A stretch of 64,000 nt of DNA from an uncultured Solirubrobacterales bacterium (lineage in GTDB: Bacteria; Actinomycetota; Thermoleophilia; Solirubrobacterales; Solirubrobacteraceae). Positions within the stretch are counted from its first letter, which is position 1. Every line of letters begins with the position of its first letter. The stretch spans positions 537,552 to 601,551 of the forward strand of contig CAVOKU010000003.1 in assembly GCA_963696615.1 (NCBI GenBank), read 5' to 3'. A program made the position numbers and the translations under genes. Positions 1-9,332 of the stretch are shown piece by piece. The notes under the pieces are model-generated. The model was not told the DNA's origin, ran no database searches, and was given only the letters and a program-made list of their open reading frames with translations.

Positions 1-101
1 AGCATCAACACGATCACGACGATGTTCGATACCGACATCTGAAAGAAATGCCAGTGCACGACATGCGCCGGGTGATTCAGATTGGCGATGGCTGCCAGCA
101 T
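1..101 (-). CDS. 5' part of a small membrane protein (MLAAIANLNHPAHVVHWHFFQMSVSNIVVIVLML...), runs off the window start
   Basis: ATG at 101-99 with an open frame to the edge; His-rich N-terminus followed by a hydrophobic stretch; not in the ORF track. Confidence 0.55.
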   Translation of the reverse strand, partial: MLAAIANLNHPAHVVHWHFFQMSVSNIVVIVLM

Positions 102-208
102 GGTCACTGGTGCCACCTCTTCGGTGCAACCATTGAAACGACCCTATACTCGCGCTCGGCACTCCGCGTCCGTAGAACTCCGCAACTGAATCAGAGGCCC
201 CTCATCTC

Positions 209-245
209 CCCGTCGGAATGCCCCGTCGGAATGACCCGTCGGAAT
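209..245. repeat. Three tandem copies of CCCGTCGGAAT with 13-bp period
   Basis: Copies start at 209, 222 and 235 in an intergenic region. Confidence 0.9.
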
Positions 246-295
246 CGATGCGTGGTTGTTTGTGAGACCGACGCAGAGGCGCCGCGAAGCTGGCG

Positions 296-631
296 CTAGC
301 TACCGCGGGCCTGCTGCTCCTCGACGGTACGCTCAGCCGTGGGCAGCGCTTCGAGCCGGGCGTCGGGGATCGGCTCCCCGCTGTCGACGGAGCGGCCGTA
401 CGTGCCTGCGGCGAGCCTCGCCTCGGCGCGCTCGATCGCAGCGAGCTGCTCCGCGAGGTCCTCTGCCAGACCCGTGTCGAGCTCCTTTTCGTAGAGCTCC
501 TCAGAGCCGAGGTCGCCCGGTTCGGGCTGGGCGACCGCGTCCTGCCCGTCGTCCTCGCCGAGGGCGGCGATCGCCTGCTCGATCCGCTCGCGCTCGTGTT
601 CGAGCAGCTCGCGTGCGCGCTCTGAGTCCAT
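296..631 (-). CDS. DksA/TraR-family protein lacking the C4 zinc-finger cysteines
   Basis: Coiled coil plus IERAEARLAAGTYGRSVDSGEPIPDARLEALPTAERTVEEQ, matching the DksA/TraR C-terminal pattern; start moved to ATG 631 (MDSERAR). Confidence 0.85.
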   Translation of the reverse strand: MDSERARELLEHERERIEQAIAALGEDDGQDAVAQPEPGDLGSEELYEKELDTGLAEDLAEQLAAIERAEARLAAGTYGRSVDSGEPIPDARLEALPTAERTVEEQQARGS

Positions 632-804
632 CTCCTGCAGCCTAGCGATGCGACGCTTCGAACGATCGACAGCCCCGCCGGGATGTTCGTCGTCGTGGAG
701 CAGACCCTGCGTGCTCGCCGTCTCGCGCGTTGCGTTCAGAGGGAGTACGGTGCAAGCTGCACCCTGATCTGGACATGTCACCTCCCGAGCACAGGACGGA
801 GCCC

Positions 805-2283
805 ATGAGCACGCAGACGACGATCGACAGCGACGAGCTATTCATCGGGGGTGACTGGATCAAGCCCCAAGGTTCCGGTCGTATCTCCGTGATCGCGGCC
901 AGCACGGAGGAGCTCCTCGGATCGGTTCCGGAGGGCACGAACGCCGACATCGACGTCGCGGTGAGAGCGGCGCGTGCCGCGTTCGAGGACCCGGGCGGAT
1001 GGTCCTCCTGGTCGGCTGAGGATCGCGCGCAGGCGCTCGAGCGACTCGCCGAGGCGCTCGAAGGCCGCGGCGAGGAGACCGCGCGCCGCGTCTCGCTGCA
1101 GAACGGCATGCCGATCTCGCTGGCGAGCGAAGTGGAGGCCGTCTACCCCGCCGTGCTCGCGCGCTTCTATGCCGGGATGATCCGCCAGATGAGCTTGGAG
1201 GAGGATCGCCAGGGGCTGCTCGGGGGGACGATCCACGTGGTCTCAAAGCCAGTGGGCGTCGTGGGGGCCATAGTTCCGTGGAACTACCCCCAGACGCTTG
1301 CGATGTTCAAGCTCGCGCCGCTGCTCGCGGCCGGGTGCACGGTCGTGATCAAGCCGAGCCCGGAGACGGTGCTCGACAGCCTGATCCTGGCCGAGGCGAT
1401 CGTCGAGGCCGGGCTGCCCGCCGGCGTCGTGAACATCGTGCCCGCGGGCCGCGAGGTCGGGGCCTACCTGGTGGAACATCCGGACGTCGACAAGATCGCC
1501 TTCACGGGCTCCAGCGCATCCGGTCGCACGATCGCGCGACGATGTGGGGAGCTGCTGCGCCCCGTGACACTCGAGCTCGGCGGCAAGTCGGCTGCGATCG
1601 TCCTCGACGACGCGGACCTCTCCCAGGCCACCGAGGCCCTGTTCGCCGCCACGCTGCTGAACAACGGCCAGACGTGTTTCAACTGCACGAGGGTGCTCGC
1701 CCCCCGCTCGCGCTATGACGAGGTGCTCGAAGTGTTCAGCGGCCTGGCGGGCGCGCTTCAGGTCGGTGACTCGATGGACCCGAACACGCAGATCGGACCG
1801 ATGGCGAGCGCCCGCCAACGGGACCGCGTCGAGGGCTACATCGAGAAGGGTCGCGCCGAGGGTGGCAGGGTGGTCGCCGGAGGCGGTCGTCCAGCCGACC
1901 AGGACCGCGGCTGGTTCGTCGAGCCCACGATCTTCGCCGATGTGGAGAACAGCTTCACGATCGCCCGCGAGGAGATCTTCGGGCCGGTGCTCGCCGTGAT
2001 TCCCTACGAGGGTGCCGATCAGGCCGTGGCGATCGCCAACGACTCCGAGTTCGGGCTCGGCGGAAGCGTGTGGACCGGGGATCACGAGCGTGGTGAAGCC
2101 GTGGCCAGGCGAGTGCAGACCGGCTCGATAGGGATAAACCACTATGCGATCGACCCCGCCGCCCCGTTTGGTGGGGTCAAGGGGAGTGGGATCGGGCGCG
2201 AGCTCGGCCCCGAGGGCCTCATGGCCTACCTGCAACTGCAGTCGATCTACGAGCTGCCGCCACAGCCTGAGGCGGCTCAGTAG
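805..2283 (+). CDS. NAD(P)-dependent aldehyde dehydrogenase
   Basis: IVPWNYP, FTGS, LELGGKS, GQTCFNC and EEIFGPV motifs; start ATG 805. Confidence 0.95.
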   Translation: MSTQTTIDSDELFIGGDWIKPQGSGRISVIAASTEELLGSVPEGTNADIDVAVRAARAAFEDPGGWSSWSAEDRAQALERLAEALEGRGEETARRVSLQNGMPISLASEVEAVYPAVLARFYAGMIRQMSLEEDRQGLLGGTIHVVSKPVGVVGAIVPWNYPQTLAMFKLAPLLAAGCTVVIKPSPETVLDSLILAEAIVEAGLPAGVVNIVPAGREVGAYLVEHPDVDKIAFTGSSASGRTIARRCGELLRPVTLELGGKSAAIVLDDADLSQATEALFAATLLNNGQTCFNCTRVLAPRSRYDEVLEVFSGLAGALQVGDSMDPNTQIGPMASARQRDRVEGYIEKGRAEGGRVVAGGGRPADQDRGWFVEPTIFADVENSFTIAREEIFGPVLAVIPYEGADQAVAIANDSEFGLGGSVWTGDHERGEAVARRVQTGSIGINHYAIDPAAPFGGVKGSGIGRELGPEGLMAYLQLQSIYELPPQPEAAQ

Positions 2284-2391
2284 GGAGCACGCCCACCGCA
2301 GGTGAGCAGACGCAGCGTCGTACACGGCGCCTGACCGGTGCGCGTCGGGACAGGTCGGCGCCGGCCTGCCCGAGCTGGTAGGTACAGCCTC

Positions 2392-3579
2392 ATGAGGGTC
2401 CTCTACGTCAACCACACCGCCGAGGTCAGCGGATCCGAGCGCTCACTGCTCACCCTCCTGGCCGCATTGCCAGACAGTGTGCAGCCCCAGGTGGCCTCAC
2501 CACCCGGGCGGCTGGCGCAGGCCGTTCAGGAGCTCGGCATCCCTGTCACATCGATCAATGCCACGGCCGGAAGCTTGCGGTTGCACCCCGCCCACACGCC
2601 GCGGGCGCTCGCGCAGATGAGCCGTGCGGCACTGCAGGTTCACCAGGCGGCTCGCCGGCACCGCGCCGACCTGGTTCACGGGAACTCGATCCGGGCGGGA
2701 ATCGAGCTCGGGCTCGCCCGCGTCTCGCCCGCCTCGAGCGTGGTCAACGTCCGCGACTGCCTGCCGCCCGGCAGGGTGACGAGCGCGACCATGCGCCTGA
2801 TCGCAAGGACGGCAACGATCGTGGTCGCCAACTCGCACTACACGGCGAACTCGGTGCGGGCCTCCGCCCCGAACGCGCGTCTCGAGGTCGTATACCCCGC
2901 GCTGGACCTCGCTCGCTTCGACCCCGCCAGTATCGACCGCGCCGCGGCCCGGGCACGACTCGGCGTCGCAGGGACCCGCCGGGTGCTGCTCGGAGTGCTC
3001 GCCCAGCTGAGTCCATGGAAGGGCCAGGACACGGCGATCGAAGCGCTGGGACTGCTGCGCGAGCAGCAGGTGGACGCACATCTGCTGCTGATCGGCTCAG
3101 CCAAGTTCATCGCCAGCTCCACACGTTTTGACAACGAAGCCTACGTCGCCGGTCTGCGTCGGCTGGTCAACGACGCAGGGCTCGATGACCGGGTCTCCTG
3201 GCTCGGCGAGCGCGAGGACGTACCCGAGCTGATACGGGCGCTCGACGTCCTGTTGCTGCCATCCCAGGAGGAGCCCTTCGGGCGGGCGCTGATCGAGGCG
3301 ATGGCGCTCGAGGTGCCGGTGCTCGCGACGAACGTGGGAGGCCCGCCGGAGATCGTCCGGGACGGCCGCGAGGGTTACCTGCTGGCGCCCGGTGAACCCG
3401 ACAAGTGGGCGCAGGCCGTGCGACGCATCGTCGAGAGCCCCGAGCAGGGGCGCGAGCTGGGGCAGGCCGGACGTCGGCGCGTGGCAGAGGCCTTCGACGT
3501 GGAGCACCACGTGGATGCGGTTCTCGCCGTCTACCGGCGAGCGACGGCCTACGACGGTTCCGTCTCCGACGGGGCGTGA
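2392..3579 (+). CDS. Glycosyltransferase family 4 (GT-B)
   Basis: MRVLYVNHTAEVSGSE N-terminus; EEPFGRALIEAMA (E-x7-E) motif. Confidence 0.92.
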   Translation: MRVLYVNHTAEVSGSERSLLTLLAALPDSVQPQVASPPGRLAQAVQELGIPVTSINATAGSLRLHPAHTPRALAQMSRAALQVHQAARRHRADLVHGNSIRAGIELGLARVSPASSVVNVRDCLPPGRVTSATMRLIARTATIVVANSHYTANSVRASAPNARLEVVYPALDLARFDPASIDRAAARARLGVAGTRRVLLGVLAQLSPWKGQDTAIEALGLLREQQVDAHLLLIGSAKFIASSTRFDNEAYVAGLRRLVNDAGLDDRVSWLGEREDVPELIRALDVLLLPSQEEPFGRALIEAMALEVPVLATNVGGPPEIVRDGREGYLLAPGEPDKWAQAVRRIVESPEQGRELGQAGRRRVAEAFDVEHHVDAVLAVYRRATAYDGSVSDGA

Positions 3580-3633
3580 GGGCTCACCACCGCTCGCCGG
3601 CCGCGGCTCGCAGTCCGGAGTCCACCCCGGCGG

Positions 3634-4227
3634 CTACGCGAGCACGGTCGCCATCGCCCGACGGCCGCGCTCGAGCGAACGCACGTCGCCGTGCAGCTGG
3701 TAGTCGCAGTTGGTGCCGACGGCGAGCGCGTTGAGCGTGAACGCGACCTCGGCGGGATCGGTCTCACTCGGGAGCTCGCCGGCCGTCACGGCGGTCGCAG
3801 CCTCGGTATCGAGCACCCGCAGCCATCGGTTGAGCGCGAGCTTCACGGCGTCGTGGACCGGGCCCTCGCGCGCGTCGAACTCGACGGAGGCGGTCGTGAG
3901 AAAGCATCCGCCCGGGAAGCAGGGCTCGCCGATGTAGCGAATCCAGCCGTCGCAGATCGCGAGCAGCCGTGCGCGCCCGGCCGGCTCGATTGCCGCGGGC
4001 TCGTAGACGGCGACTCGGAACATGTCGACCGCGAGGTCGAGCGTCGCAAGCTGCAACCGCTCCTTGTTGCCGAAGCGCCCGACGAGACCACTCTTGCTCA
4101 TGCCAAGCGTCTCGGCGAGCCCGCCGATCGTGAGGCCTTCCAGGCCGACGACGGAGGCGATGTCCACGGCAGTGCGGAGGGTGAGGGCGCGGTCAGCGTC
4201 CACCTGTGAGGCGAGGCGGCGGGACAT
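3634..4227 (-). CDS. TetR/AcrR-family regulator
   Basis: HTH GLEGLTIGGLAETLGMSKSGLVGRFGNKE; GGCF C-terminal motif; start ATG 4227. Confidence 0.92.
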   Translation of the reverse strand: MSRRLASQVDADRALTLRTAVDIASVVGLEGLTIGGLAETLGMSKSGLVGRFGNKERLQLATLDLAVDMFRVAVYEPAAIEPAGRARLLAICDGWIRYIGEPCFPGGCFLTTASVEFDAREGPVHDAVKLALNRWLRVLDTEAATAVTAGELPSETDPAEVAFTLNALAVGTNCDYQLHGDVRSLERGRRAMATVLA

Positions 4228-4249
4228 CGATGGAGACAGCTTACCGAAC

Positions 4250-4261
4250 GAACGATCGTTC
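4250..4261. promoter_or_regulatory. Perfect 12-bp palindrome GAACGATCGTTC, probable TetR operator
   Basis: Lies between the divergent tetR and MBL hydrolase starts. Confidence 0.7.
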
Positions 4262-4330
4262 TGTATATTCTTCTTCGGGCCCCTACTAACCGGACAGTCG
4301 TGCCGTATCGGCGCGCCAAGGAGGCATGAC

Positions 4331-5116
4331 ATGCGCATCAGGTGGCTGGGTTGGGCAGGCGTCGAGGTCGAAGCCGAAGGCGAGCGTGTCGTGGTCGACC
4401 CGCTGGAGGACGCCGGCGCTGTGTTCGCCGCGCTGGGCGAGCGGGCCCGAGAATGCCCGCTGCCGGACGTGGTGGCGCCAGCGCCAGGCGCTGTGGCGGC
4501 AATGGTCACCCACCTACACCGCGACCACGCCGACGCTGGCGCACTCACCGCCGCCGTCACGGCCGGCGCGCCCGTGCTCGAGCCGAGTGGTTACGGCGGT
4601 GCCGGCCTCGAGCAGCTCGCGATCGCCCAGGCGGACCACGAGCTCGGAGCGGCCGGGCTCGAGCGCCGCGCGGCGGCACCGTGGACGAGCACGAGCGTCG
4701 GGCCGTTCACGCTCACCGCGCTCCCAGCCGTCGATGGGGCCGGCGACCCCCAGGTCTCCTGGCTGATCGAGGCCGCCGGCAAGCGCGTGTTGCACCTCGG
4801 CGACACGATGTTCCACTGCTGGTGGTGGCGCTTCAGTGAGCGTTTCGGCGCACCCGACGCCGTGCTCGCACCGATCAATGGCGCCCGCCTCACCTTCCCG
4901 CACCGACAACCGGCCAGTCCCCTGCCGGGAGTGATGGAGCCCGAGCAGGCGGCGCTCGCCGCGGAGCTCTTGCGCGCCGAGCGGCTGGTCCCGATCCACT
5001 ACGACGGCTACGCGCTCGACGGCGTCTACGAGCCGGTGCCCCACGCGCTCGAGCGGGTGACCTGTGCGAGCACACGTGTCGTCGAGGTCGGGCTCGGCGA
5101 CGCGATCGAGGTGTGA
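4331..5116 (+). CDS. MBL-fold metallo-hydrolase
   Basis: MRIRWLGWAG start; THLHRDHAD, HLGDT and PIHY motifs. Confidence 0.9.
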   Translation: MRIRWLGWAGVEVEAEGERVVVDPLEDAGAVFAALGERARECPLPDVVAPAPGAVAAMVTHLHRDHADAGALTAAVTAGAPVLEPSGYGGAGLEQLAIAQADHELGAAGLERRAAAPWTSTSVGPFTLTALPAVDGAGDPQVSWLIEAAGKRVLHLGDTMFHCWWWRFSERFGAPDAVLAPINGARLTFPHRQPASPLPGVMEPEQAALAAELLRAERLVPIHYDGYALDGVYEPVPHALERVTCASTRVVEVGLGDAIEV

Positions 5117-5132
5117 GCGGCGCCCCACCCGC

Positions 5133-6020
5133 TCAAAGGGACGCCAAGAAGTCGCGGATGTGACGATTGACGAGGTCGGGGTGCTCCTCGGCGACCCAGT
5201 GGGACGCGCCGTCGATCTCCTGGAAGAGGAGCTCCGGGACGTACTCATCGAGTCCCGCGTGGGCCGGCGGACGCGTGTAGACATCGGCGGTCGGGTAGAT
5301 CACGAGGGTGGGAGTGCTCACGCGCAGCGAAGCGACCTCGGGGGCATAGTTCCCGCGTGCCGGTGTGCCGTCCTGTGGCGGGCCGAGGCCCTCTCGCCGA
5401 TACCACCGCAACATCCCCTCGACCGCGCCCGGCTGGCGCCAGCTCTCCAGATAATGCTCTAGGTCCCGCTCATCGATGAACGGTTGATCGAGGGTGCTGC
5501 GGAGCGCGGCGAAATCCTCACGAGAGATGAGGGGCGCGATCTCTGGGCGGCGCAGGCCGAGCAGGTACTGACTGGCCTGTTGCTGTTCGGCGTCCTCATG
5601 CAGGGCGCGATCGAACGTCCCTGGGTGGGGGGTGGCGAGAATCACCAGGGCCTGCAGCAGGCCGGGGTGGTGCAAAGCGAATGACCAGGCCGTGGCAGCG
5701 CCCCAATCGTGTCCGACGAGCACGAAGCGCTCGTGATCGAGATGCGCCGCCAGCCCGAGGACGTCGCGCGCCGCGGGCCACGCGCCGTATTCGTGTAGAT
5801 GCTCGGGCTTCGAGGAGAGGCCGAATCCACGCAAGTCGGGCGCAACCGCGAGATGGTCGGCGCCGAAGTGCGAGAGCTGGTGGCGATACATGTACCAGCA
5901 TTGCGGGAACCCGTGCAAGAACACCATCAGCGGGCCGCTGCCGGCGTGTGCGTAGTGCATGCGCACGCCATCCAGATCCGCGAAGTCCTGCTCGATCCCC
6001 AGAGGAGTGCTCATCGTCAC
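5133..6020 (-). CDS. Alpha/beta hydrolase, epoxide-hydrolase-like
   Basis: FLHGFP, GHDWGA (Asp nucleophile) and ASHWVAEE motifs. Confidence 0.92.
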   Translation of the reverse strand: MTMSTPLGIEQDFADLDGVRMHYAHAGSGPLMVFLHGFPQCWYMYRHQLSHFGADHLAVAPDLRGFGLSSKPEHLHEYGAWPAARDVLGLAAHLDHERFVLVGHDWGAATAWSFALHHPGLLQALVILATPHPGTFDRALHEDAEQQQASQYLLGLRRPEIAPLISREDFAALRSTLDQPFIDERDLEHYLESWRQPGAVEGMLRWYRREGLGPPQDGTPARGNYAPEVASLRVSTPTLVIYPTADVYTRPPAHAGLDEYVPELLFQEIDGASHWVAEEHPDLVNRHIRDFLASL

Positions 6021-6150
6021 CTTTCCGTGACCGTCTCGCCGTAGAGCCGGAGTTTGCCGCGAGCGGGCGGCGAAGTCTCGCGCAGATCAGACAGCCACCA
6101 TCGGCCGTCGATGGCCGAAAACCGCTACCTCTTCGGTTCATACTCGAAAC

Positions 6151-7605
6151 ATGAGCACCGAGTTCGACGCCCGATACCGGGCACTGTGTAGCCGTGACCG
6201 GCGCTTTGACGGGCGCTTCTTCGTAGCGGTGAGCTCCACCGGTGTCTACTGTCGCCCGAGCTGCCCGGCGGTCACACCCAAGCGCAGGAACGTCCGCTTC
6301 TATCCAACCGCCGCGGCCGCCCAGAGCGCCGGATACCGGGCATGCCTGCGCTGCCAGCCGCACGCCGCGCCCGGCTCACCAGCATGGAACCAGCGGGGCG
6401 ACGTCGCCGCCCGGGCCGTGGGCATGATCGCCGAAGGAGTCGTCGACCGCGAGGGCGTCGCGGGGCTCGCGCGGCGCCTGGCCTTCAGCGAGCGTCATCT
6501 GCACCGCCAGCTGGTGGCAGAGCTCGGAGCCGGGCCGATCGCGCTCGCCCGTGCGCAGCGCGCCCAAACGGCGCGGCTGCTGATCCAGACCGGCAATCTG
6601 CGTCTGATCGACGTGGCGCACGCCGCCGGCTTCTCGAGCGTCCGCCAGTTCAACGACACGATCAAGGCCACATACGGGCGAACGCCCACCGAGCTGCGCC
6701 GCAAGGCCCACCCGGCACAGGAGAGCGCCGTCGGCGGGGACACCCTCGCGGTGCGCCTCGCATACAGAGAGCCGCTCGACTGGCAGCACATGCTGCGCCA
6801 CCTCGCAGCCCGCGCCATCCCGGGCGTCGAGGAGATCGCCGGCGAGGCCTACAGACGCACCTTGCGCCTGCCCCGCGGGTACGCGGTGGCCGAGCTGGCC
6901 CCCGTCGAGGACCACATCGAGTGCCTGCTTCGCCTTCAGGACCTTCGAGATCTCACCGCCGCGGTACAGCGGTGCCGGCGCCTCCTGGACCTCGACGTCG
7001 ACACGAGCGAGGTGGACGATCACCTGAAGGCAGATTCGCTCCTCGAGCCCCTCGTGCGCACGACACCGGGACTGCGCGTCCCGGGAGCCGTCGACGGCCC
7101 GGAGCTCGCCGTTCGAGCCGTCCTGGGCCAACAGATCTCCGTGGCAGCCGCACGAACGACCGCCGCCCGGCTAACCGGCCGACTCGGCGAGCCGCTACCC
7201 CAAACCGACGGCACGCTGAGCCACCTGTTTCCATCCCCGCATGCCATCGCTGCCGCCGACCCCGAAAGCCTTCCCGGCCCACGCCGCCGCCGCCAGACGC
7301 TGCACATGCTCACCAAGGGACTCGCGAGCCGGGAGATCGTGATAGACGTCGGAAGCGACAGGGAGGAGGTCCGATCCCGACTGGTCGCGATACCCGGCAT
7401 CGGCAGCTGGACCACCGAGTACATCGCGATGCGCGCACTCGCAGACCCCGACGCGTTCCTACCCACCGACCTGGCCGTCAGGCGGACCCTCGCCCAACTC
7501 GGCAAGCCGAGCACGGAGAGACACGCGACCGAAACCGCTGCGCGGTGGCGACCATGGCGCGCCTACGGGCTCCAGCACCTGTGGGCCACCCAACAGACGT
7601 CCTAG
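6151..7605 (+). CDS. alkA: Ada Zn-binding/AraC-HTH fused to AlkA DNA-3-methyladenine glycosylase
   Basis: CRPSC and RACLRC Ada motif; AGFSSVRQFN; HhH IPGIGSWT; DAFLPTD; WRPWR. Confidence 0.93.
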   Translation: MSTEFDARYRALCSRDRRFDGRFFVAVSSTGVYCRPSCPAVTPKRRNVRFYPTAAAAQSAGYRACLRCQPHAAPGSPAWNQRGDVAARAVGMIAEGVVDREGVAGLARRLAFSERHLHRQLVAELGAGPIALARAQRAQTARLLIQTGNLRLIDVAHAAGFSSVRQFNDTIKATYGRTPTELRRKAHPAQESAVGGDTLAVRLAYREPLDWQHMLRHLAARAIPGVEEIAGEAYRRTLRLPRGYAVAELAPVEDHIECLLRLQDLRDLTAAVQRCRRLLDLDVDTSEVDDHLKADSLLEPLVRTTPGLRVPGAVDGPELAVRAVLGQQISVAAARTTAARLTGRLGEPLPQTDGTLSHLFPSPHAIAAADPESLPGPRRRRQTLHMLTKGLASREIVIDVGSDREEVRSRLVAIPGIGSWTTEYIAMRALADPDAFLPTDLAVRRTLAQLGKPSTERHATETAARWRPWRAYGLQHLWATQQTS

Positions 7606-7770
7606 CGCCAGGGGATGTCATCCGCGCCGCACAGGCCGGGGAGACGGCGTGGGTCGCCACCCCTCCAGGAACCTCTACGATCCGCGGCAGATGAGTCCAG
7701 CGCACCAACAGCATGCGATCGAGCGCGGCGTTGCGCCGAGCGTGAGCACAGACGACGATCTCGTGCGGCG

Positions 7771-9006
7771 ATGACGACGGCCGAGAACGACCTGGCCGAT
7801 GTGCTGGTCGGCGAGCGTGAGCTCTGGCAGGACGGCCCACCCGACGAGCTGTTCGCGCGTTTGCGCCGAGAGTGCCCCGTGCACTGGACCGCGCGTGTCA
7901 GCGAGCTGCCCAAGCAGGAGGGGTTCTGGTCTGTGACCACGGCGGAGGATGTGCACGTGGTCAGCCGCGACTGGCGCACCTACTCCTCTGAACGCGCCGG
8001 CGTCAGCATGGGCAGCGCTGCGCCGCTGAGGTTGCGCCAAGCGAACTTCATCAACATGGATCCGCCCAGGCATGACCGCTTGAAGGCTCTCTTCCAGGCG
8101 GGCTTCACCCCCAAGCGGATCGCCGCGCACGAGGACGCAATCCGGGGAATCGTGGCTGGTGTGCTGGGCGGACTGGATGAGCGCGACACATGTGATCTGG
8201 TCGGCGATGTCGCGCAGCCGGTGGTCTCGCGGGTGATCGGCAGCTTCATGGGCATCCCCGAGCAGGACGACGCGGTCTGGGCACGGCTGATAAACGCGCT
8301 GCTCGCCGTGAGCGATCCCGATCTGAACCCGGAGGGCGTCCAGAGGGGCTCGGAGGCCAGGGGTGCGGAGCTGTTCGAGCGCTGCGGCAAGCTCATAGCC
8401 GAGCGCCGCGCCCACCCGACAGATGACCTGACGAGCGTGCTCGTGCACGCGGAGGTCGACGGGCAGAGGCTCGAGGACCACGAGATCGTGATGGGGTTCT
8501 TCCTGCTGATGGCCGCGGGCAACGACAGCACGAAGGCCACCTACTGCTCGGGGATGCGGGCTCTGATGGAAGACCGCGAGCAGATGCAGCTGCTGCTGGA
8601 GGACCCGTCGCTGATCCCGGGCGCGATCGAGGAGTCGCTGCGGATGTTTCCCGCGTTCGCGCACTTTCGTCGCACCGCCACCCGCGACACCGAGCTTCAC
8701 GGGCAGAGGATCAGAGAGGGTGAGAAGGTGGTGATGTGGTACGTATCCTCAAACCGCGACGAGACCGTCTATGAGGACCCCGACCGCTTCGACGTGACCC
8801 GCAACCCCGCACATCAGGCATTCGGCGCAGGCGGCAGGCACTTCTGCCTCGGAACGGCGCTCGCGCGACTGGAGTTGCGCATCCTCTTCGAGGAGACCAT
8901 CAAGCGCTACCCGGCGATGGAGATCGCTGGCGCTCCCACGATGGTCGACTCGATATTCGTCAACCAGCTCAAGACGCTGCCGGTACGGCTCTCGCCGGCG
9001 GCGTAG
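7771..9006 (+). CDS. Cytochrome P450
   Basis: I-helix AAGNDST, EESLR (ExxR), heme motif FGAGGRHFCLG; start ATG 7771. Confidence 0.95.
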   Translation: MTTAENDLADVLVGERELWQDGPPDELFARLRRECPVHWTARVSELPKQEGFWSVTTAEDVHVVSRDWRTYSSERAGVSMGSAAPLRLRQANFINMDPPRHDRLKALFQAGFTPKRIAAHEDAIRGIVAGVLGGLDERDTCDLVGDVAQPVVSRVIGSFMGIPEQDDAVWARLINALLAVSDPDLNPEGVQRGSEARGAELFERCGKLIAERRAHPTDDLTSVLVHAEVDGQRLEDHEIVMGFFLLMAAGNDSTKATYCSGMRALMEDREQMQLLLEDPSLIPGAIEESLRMFPAFAHFRRTATRDTELHGQRIREGEKVVMWYVSSNRDETVYEDPDRFDVTRNPAHQAFGAGGRHFCLGTALARLELRILFEETIKRYPAMEIAGAPTMVDSIFVNQLKTLPVRLSPAA

Positions 9007-9332
9007 CGGTTGAACGCCGAGTACGGGGCTCGAAAAGCGGGTTCCGACGCGTCTCTCGCAGCGAGTCCGGGGCCGTCGTCCGAGACTTAGCCTGGAGGCC
9101 TGGTGGGAGGCCTCGCGATGGACGATGTGGTGCAGACCCGCTCACACCGCGGCGCGCGCTTGGATCGAAGCGCTCTGGACGATACTGGCGTGGCCCCCGA
9201 GAGGGTTCGGGGGCCACGCCTGGTCTGTGGGTCGTGCCTCGGCCTGAACGGAGAGGGAATCCGCGCCGAGGTGCGGAGGACACTCGGGCCTCGCGCGAAG
9301 CGGCAGGACTGTGGCGTCCTCGATCGAAGCAG

